Assembly: GCA_050250895.1 (NCBI GenBank)
Contig: JBFWNU010000001.1
Location: forward strand, 3,283,557 to 3,347,556
Length of the DNA stretch: 64,000 bases
Reading direction: 5' to 3'
Origin: Vulcanimicrobiota bacterium
GTDB taxonomy: Bacteria > Vulcanimicrobiota > Xenobia > Xenobiales > JADMJV01
Position numbers and translations under genes: made by a program. The notes beneath the pieces were generated by a model, which was not told the DNA's origin, did no database searches, and saw only the letters and a program-made list of their open reading frames with translations. Below are positions 48,384 through 57,704 of the stretch, piece by piece; positions within the stretch are counted from its first letter, which is position 1, and every line of letters starts with the position of its first letter.

Positions 48384-49668
48384 GTCGTTCGGGAGTTCGT
48401 TCTTCGGGGGGCAGGGCCAGAAACTCGCGCACGCCGCTCGAGAGCACGAGGCTCGAAGAGCACGACGAGATGCTAGCGAAGGTGGCCTGCTTGCGCACCT
48501 CGTTGTAGGCTCCATTGTCGAGGTTTTTGAGCAGGCGGGTCAGCTGTTGGGTGTGGTGGTCGAGTTCGGGCGAAGAGCCCGCTTCGGCCAGGAAGTCGAG
48601 GCCTGCCTCGACGGTGGTGCGGGCCCGGTCGAACTTCTTGGTGTCGATCATGCGCACGGCTTTTTTGAGGGCCCGGGCGGCCAGTTGCACGGCCCGCTTG
48701 CGCATGACTTCGGCCTGAAACGGAAACTCGCTGAGCTGTCCGTAGGGCGCCACCGGCAGGATCAGCCGCTGGTGGAAGTGGTGGCGCTCGCCGCTCTGGC
48801 AGTCAGTCCAGGCCAGGCGAAAGTCGGCCAGTTCCAGCGGCTCGGGACAGGCGGGCACGAGGAACTCGAAGACCACTTCGGTAGGGCAGCCGCGGACCAG
48901 ATCATTCAGTTTGAAGCGACCTTCCAGGGTTCGGTCGAGCGGGTTATAGACCCGCAGGAGTTCGACCCCGTTGAGGGCTTCCACGCCCAGGGTGGGGCTG
49001 CGGCCGTAGGTGCGGGCCAGCCCCTGTAGCTCGATCTGGAAGAAGGGACCCAGCTGGTCCGAGTCTTGCACGTGATAGAAGTTGCCTCCCCCGGCCTGGG
49101 CCATGCCCGCCAGCAGATCCTCGTTGTAGTGAAGCCCCAGGCCGACGGTGGTGGTAGTGACCCCGCGGCGCTGCCAGTCGGCCACCTCGGCCGCGACGCG
49201 GTCGGGATCGGTGAGACCCTCGTTGGCTTGCCCGTCCGAGAGCAGAATGACCCGGTTGAGGCGGGTGGGCTCGCTGCCGTGCTCGGCCTGCCGACAGGCC
49301 GTGTGCCAGCCCATGTGAAGGGCCGTGCATCCGTCGACCTGGATGGCCTGCAATTGGGTGAGGAGCGGGCCCGGGTCTTCCATGGTGCGACAGCCGGCCA
49401 GCACCTGGGCGTGGCTGCCGAAGGCCACCAGACTGGCTTTGTCGCTGGGACTCAGGCGCTCTACCAGGTGGGTGGCCGCTTGCTTGGCGTGGGCCAGGGG
49501 CAGGCCCGCCATCGAGCCGGAGCGGTCCAGGCAGAGGGCCAGGTTGAGATCGGGACGGGTTACCTCTTCTGCGAGTGGAGCTTCGATGCGAACCAGCAGT
49601 TGCAGAGTGGTAGGGCTGTCGTTGGCTACGACGGGTCGATGGGCGATGAGTTGCAGGGTGGGTTTCAT
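48352..49668 (-). CDS. von Willebrand factor A domain protein
   Basis: MIDAS LDRSGSM, LLSDGQAN.G, G.G..YNEDLL..MA..GGG; AAGGAGG RBS. Confidence 0.88.
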   Translation of the reverse strand: MKPTLQLIAHRPVVANDSPTTLQLLVRIEAPLAEEVTRPDLNLALCLDRSGSMAGLPLAHAKQAATHLVERLSPSDKASLVAFGSHAQVLAGCRTMEDPGPLLTQLQAIQVDGCTALHMGWHTACRQAEHGSEPTRLNRVILLSDGQANEGLTDPDRVAAEVADWQRRGVTTTTVGLGLHYNEDLLAGMAQAGGGNFYHVQDSDQLGPFFQIELQGLARTYGRSPTLGVEALNGVELLRVYNPLDRTLEGRFKLNDLVRGCPTEVVFEFLVPACPEPLELADFRLAWTDCQSGERHHFHQRLILPVAPYGQLSEFPFQAEVMRKRAVQLAARALKKAVRMIDTKKFDRARTTVEAGLDFLAEAGSSPELDHHTQQLTRLLKNLDNGAYNEVRKQATFASISSCSSSLVLSSGVREFLALPPEERTPERLNQLMGGNPS

Positions 49669-49717
49669 ACTAGCCTCCTTCACGTCCCGAGGCTAACTCG
49701 ACCCACTCAAACCCGAC

Positions 49718-51556
49718 TCAAAAATCGGTCAGCTCGAAGTAGAGTCGAGCGAGTTCGGAAGGGGGCGGCAGATCGAGTTCGGCTTTGAAGGCCCGCACGC
49801 AGGCGTGGTAGGTTCGCACCGCCTCGGCCCGGAGTTCGAGGGCGACGTAGCATTCCATCAGGCCCTGATAGGCCGCTTCGCAGCAGTTGTCTTGGAGTAA
49901 TACTCGTTCCCACCACTCCACCGCCTGGGTCAGCTTGCCGCGCTGGCGGAAATACGCGGCCAACAGATTGCGGCACTCGGTCAGCTGATCGGCCAGACGT
50001 AGACGCAGTTCGCCACCCCACTCCTCGAAGGCGCCGGCCAGGAAGTCGCCGCGGGCCAGTCGCTCGGCTTGCTGTAACTGGGCCAGAGCCTCTTCCCAGC
50101 GGTGTTCGCGCGCGGCCTCGCGTCCTCGTTGGTAAGCTTTCTCGAACTGGTCGACATCGACCCAAAGGTGGGCCAGGCGATAGCCTTCAGGTCCCCGTTC
50201 TAGCGCGTCCCGCCCTTCTTCTCCAAGGGCCTTGCGGATCTGGGACACGCTGTTCTGTAGCGAATGGCGGGCTCGGGGGCCTCCGCGAGGCCAAAACTGC
50301 TCCATCAAGACCTCTTCGTGGATCATCTGACCGAGGTGGGCGGCCAGATAGGCCAGCAGCTTGCGATCCTTGCGACTGGGAAAGGCGTCTTCGGGCAAGA
50401 CCTGGCCGTCCCGGGTGACTTCGAAGCCACCAAAGAGGAAGATCTTCAGGCGTTCCTGGGGGGGCGGCTGCTCTAGCCGGGAAAGCCCCGCTTCGTCCTC
50501 CCAGAGGGTGAAGAGCTCGCGAGCCCGGACCAGGTCGACCTGCTGGCCAAGACGGGCCAGTTGCACCAGGCTCTCGGCCTCGACCAGGTCGAGACGGTGG
50601 GTCCGGGAATACTCCAACAGCTGTCGAGCTCGCCCAGCCGCCCGTTCGGGCTGGCCCGCGCTTTGCCAGAGGCGAACCTGAGCCTGATGGATGCGGGCCA
50701 CCTGCTCGAACTGTCCATCCGCCAGCTGAGTGGCTCGCTGGTACAATTCGTCTGCCTCGACCCAGCGGCCCAGTTCGCGGTGCTTGTCGGCCAGGCGAAC
50801 CAGGTTCTCGAAGCTGGTGGTGTCCTCGAGGGCCAGCTCGACCTGGTCGGGTATTTCTTCGAGCATCTCGGCCAGTTCGGGGTCGGCGCTCTGAGGATCG
50901 GCGGCGGCCATCACCAATCGGGCCTCGAGCAGCGCGGGCGAGCCGGTCTGGAAGGCGGCCACCACGGTGGCCAGACGCTGCAGACCGGGCCAGCTGGCCA
51001 GAGCCCGAGGCTCGAGGTCGTGTAGCAGCGCGGCCAGATAGACCAGCCGGCTGCGCTGGGGGGAAAAGCCAAGCCGGCCCGCCAGCCCGGCCGCGCGCGC
51101 GGCCAGCGGGCCGTGGTCGTGTTTTTGCAGGTGGTCCAGCAGGCGAAAGAGCTGGTCGGTCGAGCCTGGTTGGGGCCGGATGGCGCGCCGGCGATAGTCC
51201 TCGAGCACCCGTTTGAGACTGGCTAAAAAGACGTGGCCGTCAAAAGGCTTAAGCAGATAGTCGTCGACTTTGAGCTTGAGAGCAGTGATGGGGGTGTCGG
51301 GACTGGCGTAACCGGTAATCACGATGGCGCGGGCCTCGGGCAGATGGCGCCGGATCTCGGAGAGAGCATCCAGACCATTCATCCCGGGCATACGAATGTC
51401 ACACACTACCAGGTCGAAGCTCCGCTGGCGAGCCAGCTCGATGGCTTCGGGTCCGCTGGCGGCGCCGGCCACCTGGTAGCCGGCCTCTTCGGCGGCCATC
51501 TCCAGGCTTTCGCGCATCAGCTCGTCGTCGTCGACGATCAGGACTCGGGCCGACAC
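49718..51556 (-). CDS. Response regulator: REC + degenerate HD-like region + TPR + SARP-type DNA-binding/BTAD domain
   Basis: VDDD, CDIRMPGM.G, KPF; LAALLHDL; LFGGFEV, LLAYL, VDVDQF, CEAAYQGLM..Y. Confidence 0.85.
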   Translation of the reverse strand: MSARVLIVDDDELMRESLEMAAEEAGYQVAGAASGPEAIELARQRSFDLVVCDIRMPGMNGLDALSEIRRHLPEARAIVITGYASPDTPITALKLKVDDYLLKPFDGHVFLASLKRVLEDYRRRAIRPQPGSTDQLFRLLDHLQKHDHGPLAARAAGLAGRLGFSPQRSRLVYLAALLHDLEPRALASWPGLQRLATVVAAFQTGSPALLEARLVMAAADPQSADPELAEMLEEIPDQVELALEDTTSFENLVRLADKHRELGRWVEADELYQRATQLADGQFEQVARIHQAQVRLWQSAGQPERAAGRARQLLEYSRTHRLDLVEAESLVQLARLGQQVDLVRARELFTLWEDEAGLSRLEQPPPQERLKIFLFGGFEVTRDGQVLPEDAFPSRKDRKLLAYLAAHLGQMIHEEVLMEQFWPRGGPRARHSLQNSVSQIRKALGEEGRDALERGPEGYRLAHLWVDVDQFEKAYQRGREAAREHRWEEALAQLQQAERLARGDFLAGAFEEWGGELRLRLADQLTECRNLLAAYFRQRGKLTQAVEWWERVLLQDNCCEAAYQGLMECYVALELRAEAVRTYHACVRAFKAELDLPPPSELARLYFELTDF

Positions 51557-52800
51557 GCGCCCTCCAGGGGCAGTTGCAAAGTGAAGGTCGCGCCCTGACC
51601 GGGCTGCGAGTCGACCGTCAAGCTGCCCCCGTGGTCCTTGACGATTTGGTATGAAACGGCCAGCCCCAGACCGACCCCCTGGCCCACCGGCTTGGTGGTG
51701 AAAAAGGGTTCAAAGACGCGCCTCATCACCTCTTGCGGCATGCCGACTCCGGTGTCGCTCAGGCGCACGCGAGCCCGCCCATCCTCGACTCCGCAGGTGA
51801 CTTCGAGGCGACGCGGTGCGGTTTGGTTGAGTGCATCGCGGGCGTTGAGGACCAGGTTGAGAAAGACCTGGGCCAGTTGGGCTTCTTCGCCTTCCACCTC
51901 GACCGGCTCGAGTTGACAATCGACTTCGATCTCGAGCTTCTCGAGGCCGTGGCGCAGCAACTCGATGGTTTCTTCCAGGGTCTGATCCAGGCGAAACCGG
52001 CGCCGCTCGGCGCGCGCGGGATGAGCAAACCGCAGCAACCGGTCGATGGTGTCCCGGCAGCGTCCCACCGCTCGGGTCATCAGTTCGGTGCGCCGCTGTA
52101 AACCCGCCTCTTCGAGCTTGGGAGCCAGAGCCGTCAGGTTGAGGGCCAGCACTCCCAGCGGGTTGTTGATCTCGTGGGCCAGGCCGGCCGCCAACTGGCC
52201 CACGGCGGCCAACTTCGAGGCTTCAAAAAGCTGGGATTGGGTCTGGGCCAGCTCGGCTCTTGCTTGCTCGAGACTGGACTGATGCACTCGCTGCAGCTCG
52301 GCATAGAGAAAGGCGTTCTCGAGCGCCCGAGCGGCCTGATTGGCCACCGCTTCCAGCAGCTCGAGATGGCTCGGCTTGAAGACCCCGCTGCGAATCCGAT
52401 GATCGGCATAGACGACCCCTCGCACCTCGCCACCCCACCGCAGCGGGACGCACATGATGGAGTGGATACTCATCAGCGTGATGCTTCCGTAGTGGTGGAA
52501 ATCGGCGTCTTTAGAGGCGTCGTCACTCAATAGCGCGACCCCCTCGCGGGCCACCCTCTCGATGACGCTCCGGCTATAGTTGTAGGCCTGCTCGCTGGCC
52601 TCGGCATCGAGGGCCCGGCCGGCCACCAGGCGCCACCCCTCGCCCTCGCGCATGACTACGAAGCAACGCTCGGCTTCGAAGGCCTCGACCACTTGCTCGA
52701 TGAGGTTGTCGAGCACTTCGTCCAATTCTAGCGAAGAGCTGAGGATGGTGTTGACCCTCAACAAGAGGGCCAACTGGTCGCGCTCGAGGTGGGTCTCCAT
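51538..52800 (-). CDS. GAF-domain sensor histidine kinase
   Basis: GAF (SIMCVPL, GVVYAD); H-box AHEINNPL; N, G1, F (FEPFFTTK), G2 boxes. Confidence 0.92.
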   Translation of the reverse strand: METHLERDQLALLLRVNTILSSSLELDEVLDNLIEQVVEAFEAERCFVVMREGEGWRLVAGRALDAEASEQAYNYSRSVIERVAREGVALLSDDASKDADFHHYGSITLMSIHSIMCVPLRWGGEVRGVVYADHRIRSGVFKPSHLELLEAVANQAARALENAFLYAELQRVHQSSLEQARAELAQTQSQLFEASKLAAVGQLAAGLAHEINNPLGVLALNLTALAPKLEEAGLQRRTELMTRAVGRCRDTIDRLLRFAHPARAERRRFRLDQTLEETIELLRHGLEKLEIEVDCQLEPVEVEGEEAQLAQVFLNLVLNARDALNQTAPRRLEVTCGVEDGRARVRLSDTGVGMPQEVMRRVFEPFFTTKPVGQGVGLGLAVSYQIVKDHGGSLTVDSQPGQGATFTLQLPLEGACRPES

Positions 52801-52859
52801 GGCCGATTGGGTTCGCAGAGAACTAGGGCTGCCCCTCCGCCGGGCCGAACAGGGGCGCC

Positions 52860-54896
52860 ATGGAGTTCGACAACCTCCAGCAGTTTCTCGAGAGCATGTC
52901 TGCCCCGGCCGAGTCGAGCGGAGAGTTCACCCTGTCCCTCGACGAAGCCGAGCGCAAACTGGACCAGTTTCAGCTGCTCGAGCCGGGTCTGTATCCGGTT
53001 TTTCTGGTGGCCTCGGCAGTGGCCGGCGGGGCCAGCTATTTTCGCGTTGCTTACGACGACGAACAGGTTAGCTTCTCCTACAATTCCCAGCCCTATCCTC
53101 GTTCCGAACTCGAGAACCTGCGGGCCTACCGTTTTCGCAACCGGGGCGATCGCGCTTTGCGTCATCTGGCCGTGGCCCTGCTGGCAGCCGATCGAGTGTG
53201 CGAGACGGTCCAGCTGCGTACGGCTGGCGCCGTGCTAGATCTCCACGAGGATAAGGTGACCATCGTGCCGGCTTCAGACGCGCGCGAGAACCAGGTGGTG
53301 GTGACGCGTCCGCGCGGCTTTCTGTCGTCCTTCCTGCGCCGTCCCCCCGACCTGTCCGAGACGCTCACGCTCTGTCGCCATGCACCGCTAAGTCTGCAGT
53401 TCTCCGACGAAAAAAGAGTCAGCCGCTACTTTCACCATCACGACGCCCTGGTCCACCGCCAGTTTCTGTTAGCGGGCGAAATTCCCCCGACCTTCGTGCG
53501 TGGCCAGGTGCAAAAGGTGGAATCCCCCGGCCAATACTGTGGCGCGCTGGCCATCGTCACCCGTGAGGGCGGCTATCTGACTCTGGTGGTCGACGGACTC
53601 TCGCACCGGCTCGACGTGGACGAACCCTACCTCGGTGGGATCTTTTGGAACAACCACCTCAAGCTCGACCTCTCGTGTACGGGTTTGGTGCAAGACGAGA
53701 CGCTGGCCGAGATGCTGAGCCAGGTCTGGTCCCACCTTCCGGCCATGCTTCTCGAGCGCATACGGGCCGAGGGGGCTCTTGATTCTGACGAGCGGGACCT
53801 GCTCGAGCAACTGGTGCCCCAGGCGATCCGCCACTATGAGGCTTCAGACCCGGAGGCCGCCGACTATCTGCGAGGTTGGATGAGCACCGCTCAGTCAGCC
53901 GACATCCACCTTGGCCAGGCCGAACTCATGGCCGAACTGCGCCGGCTGGGGCCCGAGGACTCTTCGGCCCGCACGGTGGCTTTGCGGGCGCGGCTGCTCG
54001 AGGAGTTGACCCTGGCCTTTCGCAAGGCCAGCTGGTCGGGCGATCGGCAGGCCTTCGAAGAGAACCTCGCCTGGTTACGAGAGTTCCACGTGCCAACCCA
54101 TCCCACCCTCGAGGCTCTGGCTGAGGTGGTAGCGGCTCGCTCGGGAGATTTGCCCACCTTTAGCCCGGTAGACTCTGATTCTTTCGTGCGCAAAGTGGTC
54201 TGCCTGCGCTATCTTGGTGCCTACGACGAGGCGACGCGCCTGTGTGAGGAGGGGGCCGAGCGGTTTTCTTATCGCCAGGATTTTTTCGCCTGGCAGGTCG
54301 AGTTGCTGCTCTTGAGCGAGCCCAACCGTGCCCTGGCTGTAGCCCAGCGGGCCGCTCAGGCTTTCCAGGGACGGCCCCGGGGGCACTACGACCTGCAGGA
54401 GCGCCAGACTCATTTTCACGACCTGATAGCCGATTGTCACGATCTGCTCGGCGAGCCCAAAGCGGCGCTGGCAGCCCGACTCAAAGCCCTGGAGGAAACT
54501 ACTCCGGATTCTTATCTGGCCTACTTTCGGTTGCGTTACCTCACCACCGCCTATCGCGGCCACATGGCGTGGTTGGAGTGGGTGCGACGCGAGGTCGAGA
54601 CGCGCCGCCTAAGCTGGAGGGCCCGCCAGGGCAGAGACGCTTCGGCCGCCGCTCGCGACCAGGTGCGCCAGAAGCTCTTCCGCAGGCTCATCGCGAAGCA
54701 ACTGGCGGGCCTCGAGTCGACCTTGCTCGAGGTGGCCAAAGGCTACGTCTTCGACCGTGAGGTGGCGGACTATCTGTTGGGCCGCCTCAACCACCTGTTC
54801 CGCCAACGCGGCCAGTCGCTCGAGGGCGAACGCTTGTTAGCCCAGGTGCGCCTCAACTACCACATCGAGACCTTGACCAATTCTTTTCTGTACTAG
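52860..54896 (+). CDS. Hypothetical protein with a degenerate HATPase-like N-terminus and TPR-like C-terminus
   Basis: SSGEFTLS...A..KL..FQL start; L.LD.S...LVQDE segment; helical repeats. Confidence 0.6.
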   Translation: MEFDNLQQFLESMSAPAESSGEFTLSLDEAERKLDQFQLLEPGLYPVFLVASAVAGGASYFRVAYDDEQVSFSYNSQPYPRSELENLRAYRFRNRGDRALRHLAVALLAADRVCETVQLRTAGAVLDLHEDKVTIVPASDARENQVVVTRPRGFLSSFLRRPPDLSETLTLCRHAPLSLQFSDEKRVSRYFHHHDALVHRQFLLAGEIPPTFVRGQVQKVESPGQYCGALAIVTREGGYLTLVVDGLSHRLDVDEPYLGGIFWNNHLKLDLSCTGLVQDETLAEMLSQVWSHLPAMLLERIRAEGALDSDERDLLEQLVPQAIRHYEASDPEAADYLRGWMSTAQSADIHLGQAELMAELRRLGPEDSSARTVALRARLLEELTLAFRKASWSGDRQAFEENLAWLREFHVPTHPTLEALAEVVAARSGDLPTFSPVDSDSFVRKVVCLRYLGAYDEATRLCEEGAERFSYRQDFFAWQVELLLLSEPNRALAVAQRAAQAFQGRPRGHYDLQERQTHFHDLIADCHDLLGEPKAALAARLKALEETTPDSYLAYFRLRYLTTAYRGHMAWLEWVRREVETRRLSWRARQGRDASAAARDQVRQKLFRRLIAKQLAGLESTLLEVAKGYVFDREVADYLLGRLNHLFRQRGQSLEGERLLAQVRLNYHIETLTNSFLY

Positions 54897-55149
54897 CCAG
54901 GGCCGTCGCGGCTCGTGTAGAGAGGGTAGTCTCGGCTGGCACCCGCCCAGAAGTGGTGGCTGCCTTGACAACAGAGGGTGTAGGCTGCCCGAAGCGAGCT
55001 CGATAGATCTCGAGCATGAGAGCCAGGCCCTTGAACTGACCGCGACAGGTGATCAGCTGCCCATCGGCCCCGAGCCGCCAGCTGGCCAGGCCGTTGAAGG
55101 CGATGGCGAGGATCAGGCTCAGGGCCAGGGCGGCATAATTGCGGGACAC
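54853..55149 (-). CDS. Short pilin/GspG-like ORF, possibly a truncated remnant
   Basis: TM helix then CRGQFKGLALMLEIY, similar to CRSNLKNLLTALEMY in the 16848 gene. Confidence 0.4.
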   Translation of the reverse strand: MSRNYAALALSLILAIAFNGLASWRLGADGQLITCRGQFKGLALMLEIYRARFGQPTPSVVKAATTSGRVPAETTLSTRAATALASTEKNWSRSRCGS

Positions 55150-55180
55150 ATCGGCTTTACGCCGACGGCCCCAGGTCGGT

Positions 55181-55990
55181 TCACTGCAACTGGTCGGCGT
55201 GGTGGCGAGCGGCCTCGGCCGGATCGACCGTCTGGCCTTGCATGAACGGGCAGGCGGCCGCGCCTTTCTTGGCTTCTTGAGTGGACAGGGCGGCGGTCAC
55301 ACCAGGGTCCTGGTCAGACGCTCCATCAGCGAAGAACTCGGCCATGGCCGAGCCCGCCTGGTAGAATCCGAGGCTGCCGGGACGGGCGGTCCACTCTTCC
55401 GGGAAACGGTTCTCCTTGAAGAGCCGCACGAAGTCCTTGTTCATGATGAAGCGGTTGCCTTCGGCGTCGGTGCGGCCGAAGACTTCGACCACCAGCGAGA
55501 ACTCAGCTCCGCCGAAGATCTCCCCGCGTTGGCCAGGCTCTTCTTCGAGCAGGGCCTCTTGATAGCGGCGCAGGTCTTTGAGAGTCAGGCGCTCGCCGTC
55601 TGAGCTGAAGGTCAGCGCTTTGTCGAGGCGTTCCTGGCTGAAGCCGTTGCGCAGGATCTGCGAGTCGGCGTTATGGTCAAGGTTGCTGCCTTTGAGGGCG
55701 CGCAGGTTGAAACTATCCGAGGTCAGGGCGTCCCAAACGCCGTCGGCCGAGGTGCGGTTGGCGCCGAGCACGGCCACCTTGCGGAGCATATATTTGGCTC
55801 CGATGTCATCTTTGAGAAAGTCGTTGAGGCCGGTGCAATTGCCGTATTGGTCCACCTGGAGGCGGCCCTCACGCACTCCGGTCTTGAGGACAGGACAGGG
55901 AATCTCTTCGATGTCGAAAGGCTTGTCGTCGGCTTGTTGGGGGGCTTTGTGCCCATAGGGGCATACGCTGGCGTGCTGGTGAATCTGCAT
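55181..55990 (-). CDS. Heme-thiolate peroxidase (chloroperoxidase/UPO)-like or caleosin-like protein
   Basis: PCPVLKT (PCP at 55892-55900), LDHNADS, AEF.L...FG, LFKENRFPEEW. Confidence 0.55.
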   Translation of the reverse strand: MQIHQHASVCPYGHKAPQQADDKPFDIEEIPCPVLKTGVREGRLQVDQYGNCTGLNDFLKDDIGAKYMLRKVAVLGANRTSADGVWDALTSDSFNLRALKGSNLDHNADSQILRNGFSQERLDKALTFSSDGERLTLKDLRRYQEALLEEEPGQRGEIFGGAEFSLVVEVFGRTDAEGNRFIMNKDFVRLFKENRFPEEWTARPGSLGFYQAGSAMAEFFADGASDQDPGVTAALSTQEAKKGAAACPFMQGQTVDPAEAARHHADQLQ

Positions 55991-56064
55991 AGAGCCAGGT
56001 TATTGCCCGGCGCTTAAACTATGCCTAAACATCGGCCCGCGCGCCCGTAGCGACGGGAAGTTTA

Positions 56065-56436
56065 TCAGGAATTCACATCGACGAGCCGGTCGGCCAGGTC
56101 TTCGCGACCGAAAGGGCGGATAGGAGTAGTATCCCGCAGCCATTCGAGGTCGAACTCGAGCCCCTCGATCGGCCCGGGGCACCCCAGATAGAGGGGACCG
56201 GCTACGGTGTCGATGCGCAGCAGATAGCAGTGGAACGAGTGCTCTTCCCACTCCCACCGTCGCTCGACCAGGGGAGGACCCTCGAGGCTGGCTACCGTGT
56301 AGAGTCCGGCTCGATAGCCGGCGGCTCGCAAGGGCGCCTCGAGTTCGGCCGACTCGAGCTTGCCCCGAGGCATGGGTTTCCAGCCCAGTTCCTCGACCAG
56401 ACGGAGGACTTCGTCACGGGTTGGTTCGAGTGCCAT
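56065..56436 (-). CDS. Hypothetical protein
   Basis: 123-aa ORF in the coding-biased frame. Confidence 0.5.
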   Translation of the reverse strand: MALEPTRDEVLRLVEELGWKPMPRGKLESAELEAPLRAAGYRAGLYTVASLEGPPLVERRWEWEEHSFHCYLLRIDTVAGPLYLGCPGPIEGLEFDLEWLRDTTPIRPFGREDLADRLVDVNS

Positions 56437-56501
56437 CCCGTAAGATTCCGCACGCGGGTCGGTAGGTCATCCCTCCCCTTCGGTTTGGGTCGTGCGGCCC
56501 C

Positions 56502-57704
56502 TTAGGGTGTCCTCGTGTGCCGGCGCTGCACGGCCGAATCCCGGGCGGCCTTCCACTCGGGCCGATTTGCAAAATCTTTATCATGCTCAGTGGCGTGGCA
56601 ACCCGGACACAACAGCTCTAAGTCGTCCAGTCGATGTTGTCTGGTTTCGGACCAGGCTCGAACGTGGTGGACCACCAGGTTGCCGCCTGGGCACGAGCAT
56701 CGCTCGCAACGGCCGAAAGCGCGGGCGTAAACCGCTCGCACCAACCCCACCGGAAGCCCCGGCCTGCCCTTTGTCCGGCTCGGCAGTAGCGACAACTGCT
56801 CGGGCTGGCCAGGTTCAGCTGGGGGTTTAGCCGGGCACCTTCCAGCTGGAAGTTGGGTTCGAGCCACCACGATTCCGGTTTGCTTCATCGCCTCGTCAAC
56901 GGCCTCGGGCTCGGCCTGCAAGAGTCCGCGGTCGGTGTCATAAAAGCCCTCACCCGTCTCACCGTTCACGTGCACGATGACCTGATGGCGCACTTTGCTG
57001 CGGTTGTCGGCCGAGGTGAGAAACTTCTTGCTCATTTCGGTCACCGCCGTCTCTTTGCTGACGCGTTTGCCCTGGCGGGCCTCGACCATTCTTTTCGCCT
57101 GCTCAAAGGTGGCATACTGCTCGGGGGTCAGCAGCAGAATGACCTGTCTCAATTTTGGCGCCGCCGGAACGGGGATCGGCTCTGGCTTGCGAACTGCTTC
57201 TGTGGGTTGCTCGGCGAAAGTCAGTTTGGGTTGCCTTTGGCGAGCTTCCAGCGAGGCTTTCATTGCCTGGCCACGCTTGTGCTGCGTGGGGGTAAGAGCC
57301 ACGGCGCGCTCGACTACCTGAGCTTTGTTCTTGAGGGCAAACTCGAGCATTTCGACCTCGTTCTCAGGGGTAGTGATTCGCTTGAGAGCGCGGGCTTTGC
57401 TCCAGCAGAGCTTTCCCTCGCGAAAGGCCTCTGAGATCAGTGGCAGTTGCTCGAAGACCCTCGCTAAACTGAGTAGTTCACCGGCCTTTTGAGGATGCAG
57501 GTTGAGGTGGGTTACAGCGTAGCCTACCGTACTCCCGCTACCCAGGTGGCGATAGAGTCCGCTGCGTTCGGTGGCCAAAAGGTGGGCGGCCAACTTCCAT
57601 TCGCAGTCGAAGGAGCACTTGCTGGCCTGGCAGTTGCTCTGATGGAGCTCCTGGTGAGACAGTTGTTGCAGGGCCTGGGAGAGTCCCGATAAAGTTGAAG
57701 ACAT
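56502..57704 (-). CDS. HNH endonuclease with a DUF222/13E12-like N-terminal region
   Basis: LARVFEQLPLISEAFREGKLCWSKARAL; C-terminal RCERC..VHHV..W......DLELLCPGCH..EH; GGAGGT RBS before ATG 57704. Confidence 0.85.
   Translation of the reverse strand: MSSTLSGLSQALQQLSHQELHQSNCQASKCSFDCEWKLAAHLLATERSGLYRHLGSGSTVGYAVTHLNLHPQKAGELLSLARVFEQLPLISEAFREGKLCWSKARALKRITTPENEVEMLEFALKNKAQVVERAVALTPTQHKRGQAMKASLEARQRQPKLTFAEQPTEAVRKPEPIPVPAAPKLRQVILLLTPEQYATFEQAKRMVEARQGKRVSKETAVTEMSKKFLTSADNRSKVRHQVIVHVNGETGEGFYDTDRGLLQAEPEAVDEAMKQTGIVVARTQLPAGRCPAKPPAEPGQPEQLSLLPSRTKGRPGLPVGLVRAVYARAFGRCERCSCPGGNLVVHHVRAWSETRQHRLDDLELLCPGCHATEHDKDFANRPEWKAARDSAVQRRHTRTP

Noticed and set aside
56502-57704. IscB/TnpB or Cas9-like RNA-guided nuclease
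   Set aside because: No RuvC motifs or PLMP N-terminus are visible. Only a DUF222-like region and a C-terminal HNH are present.
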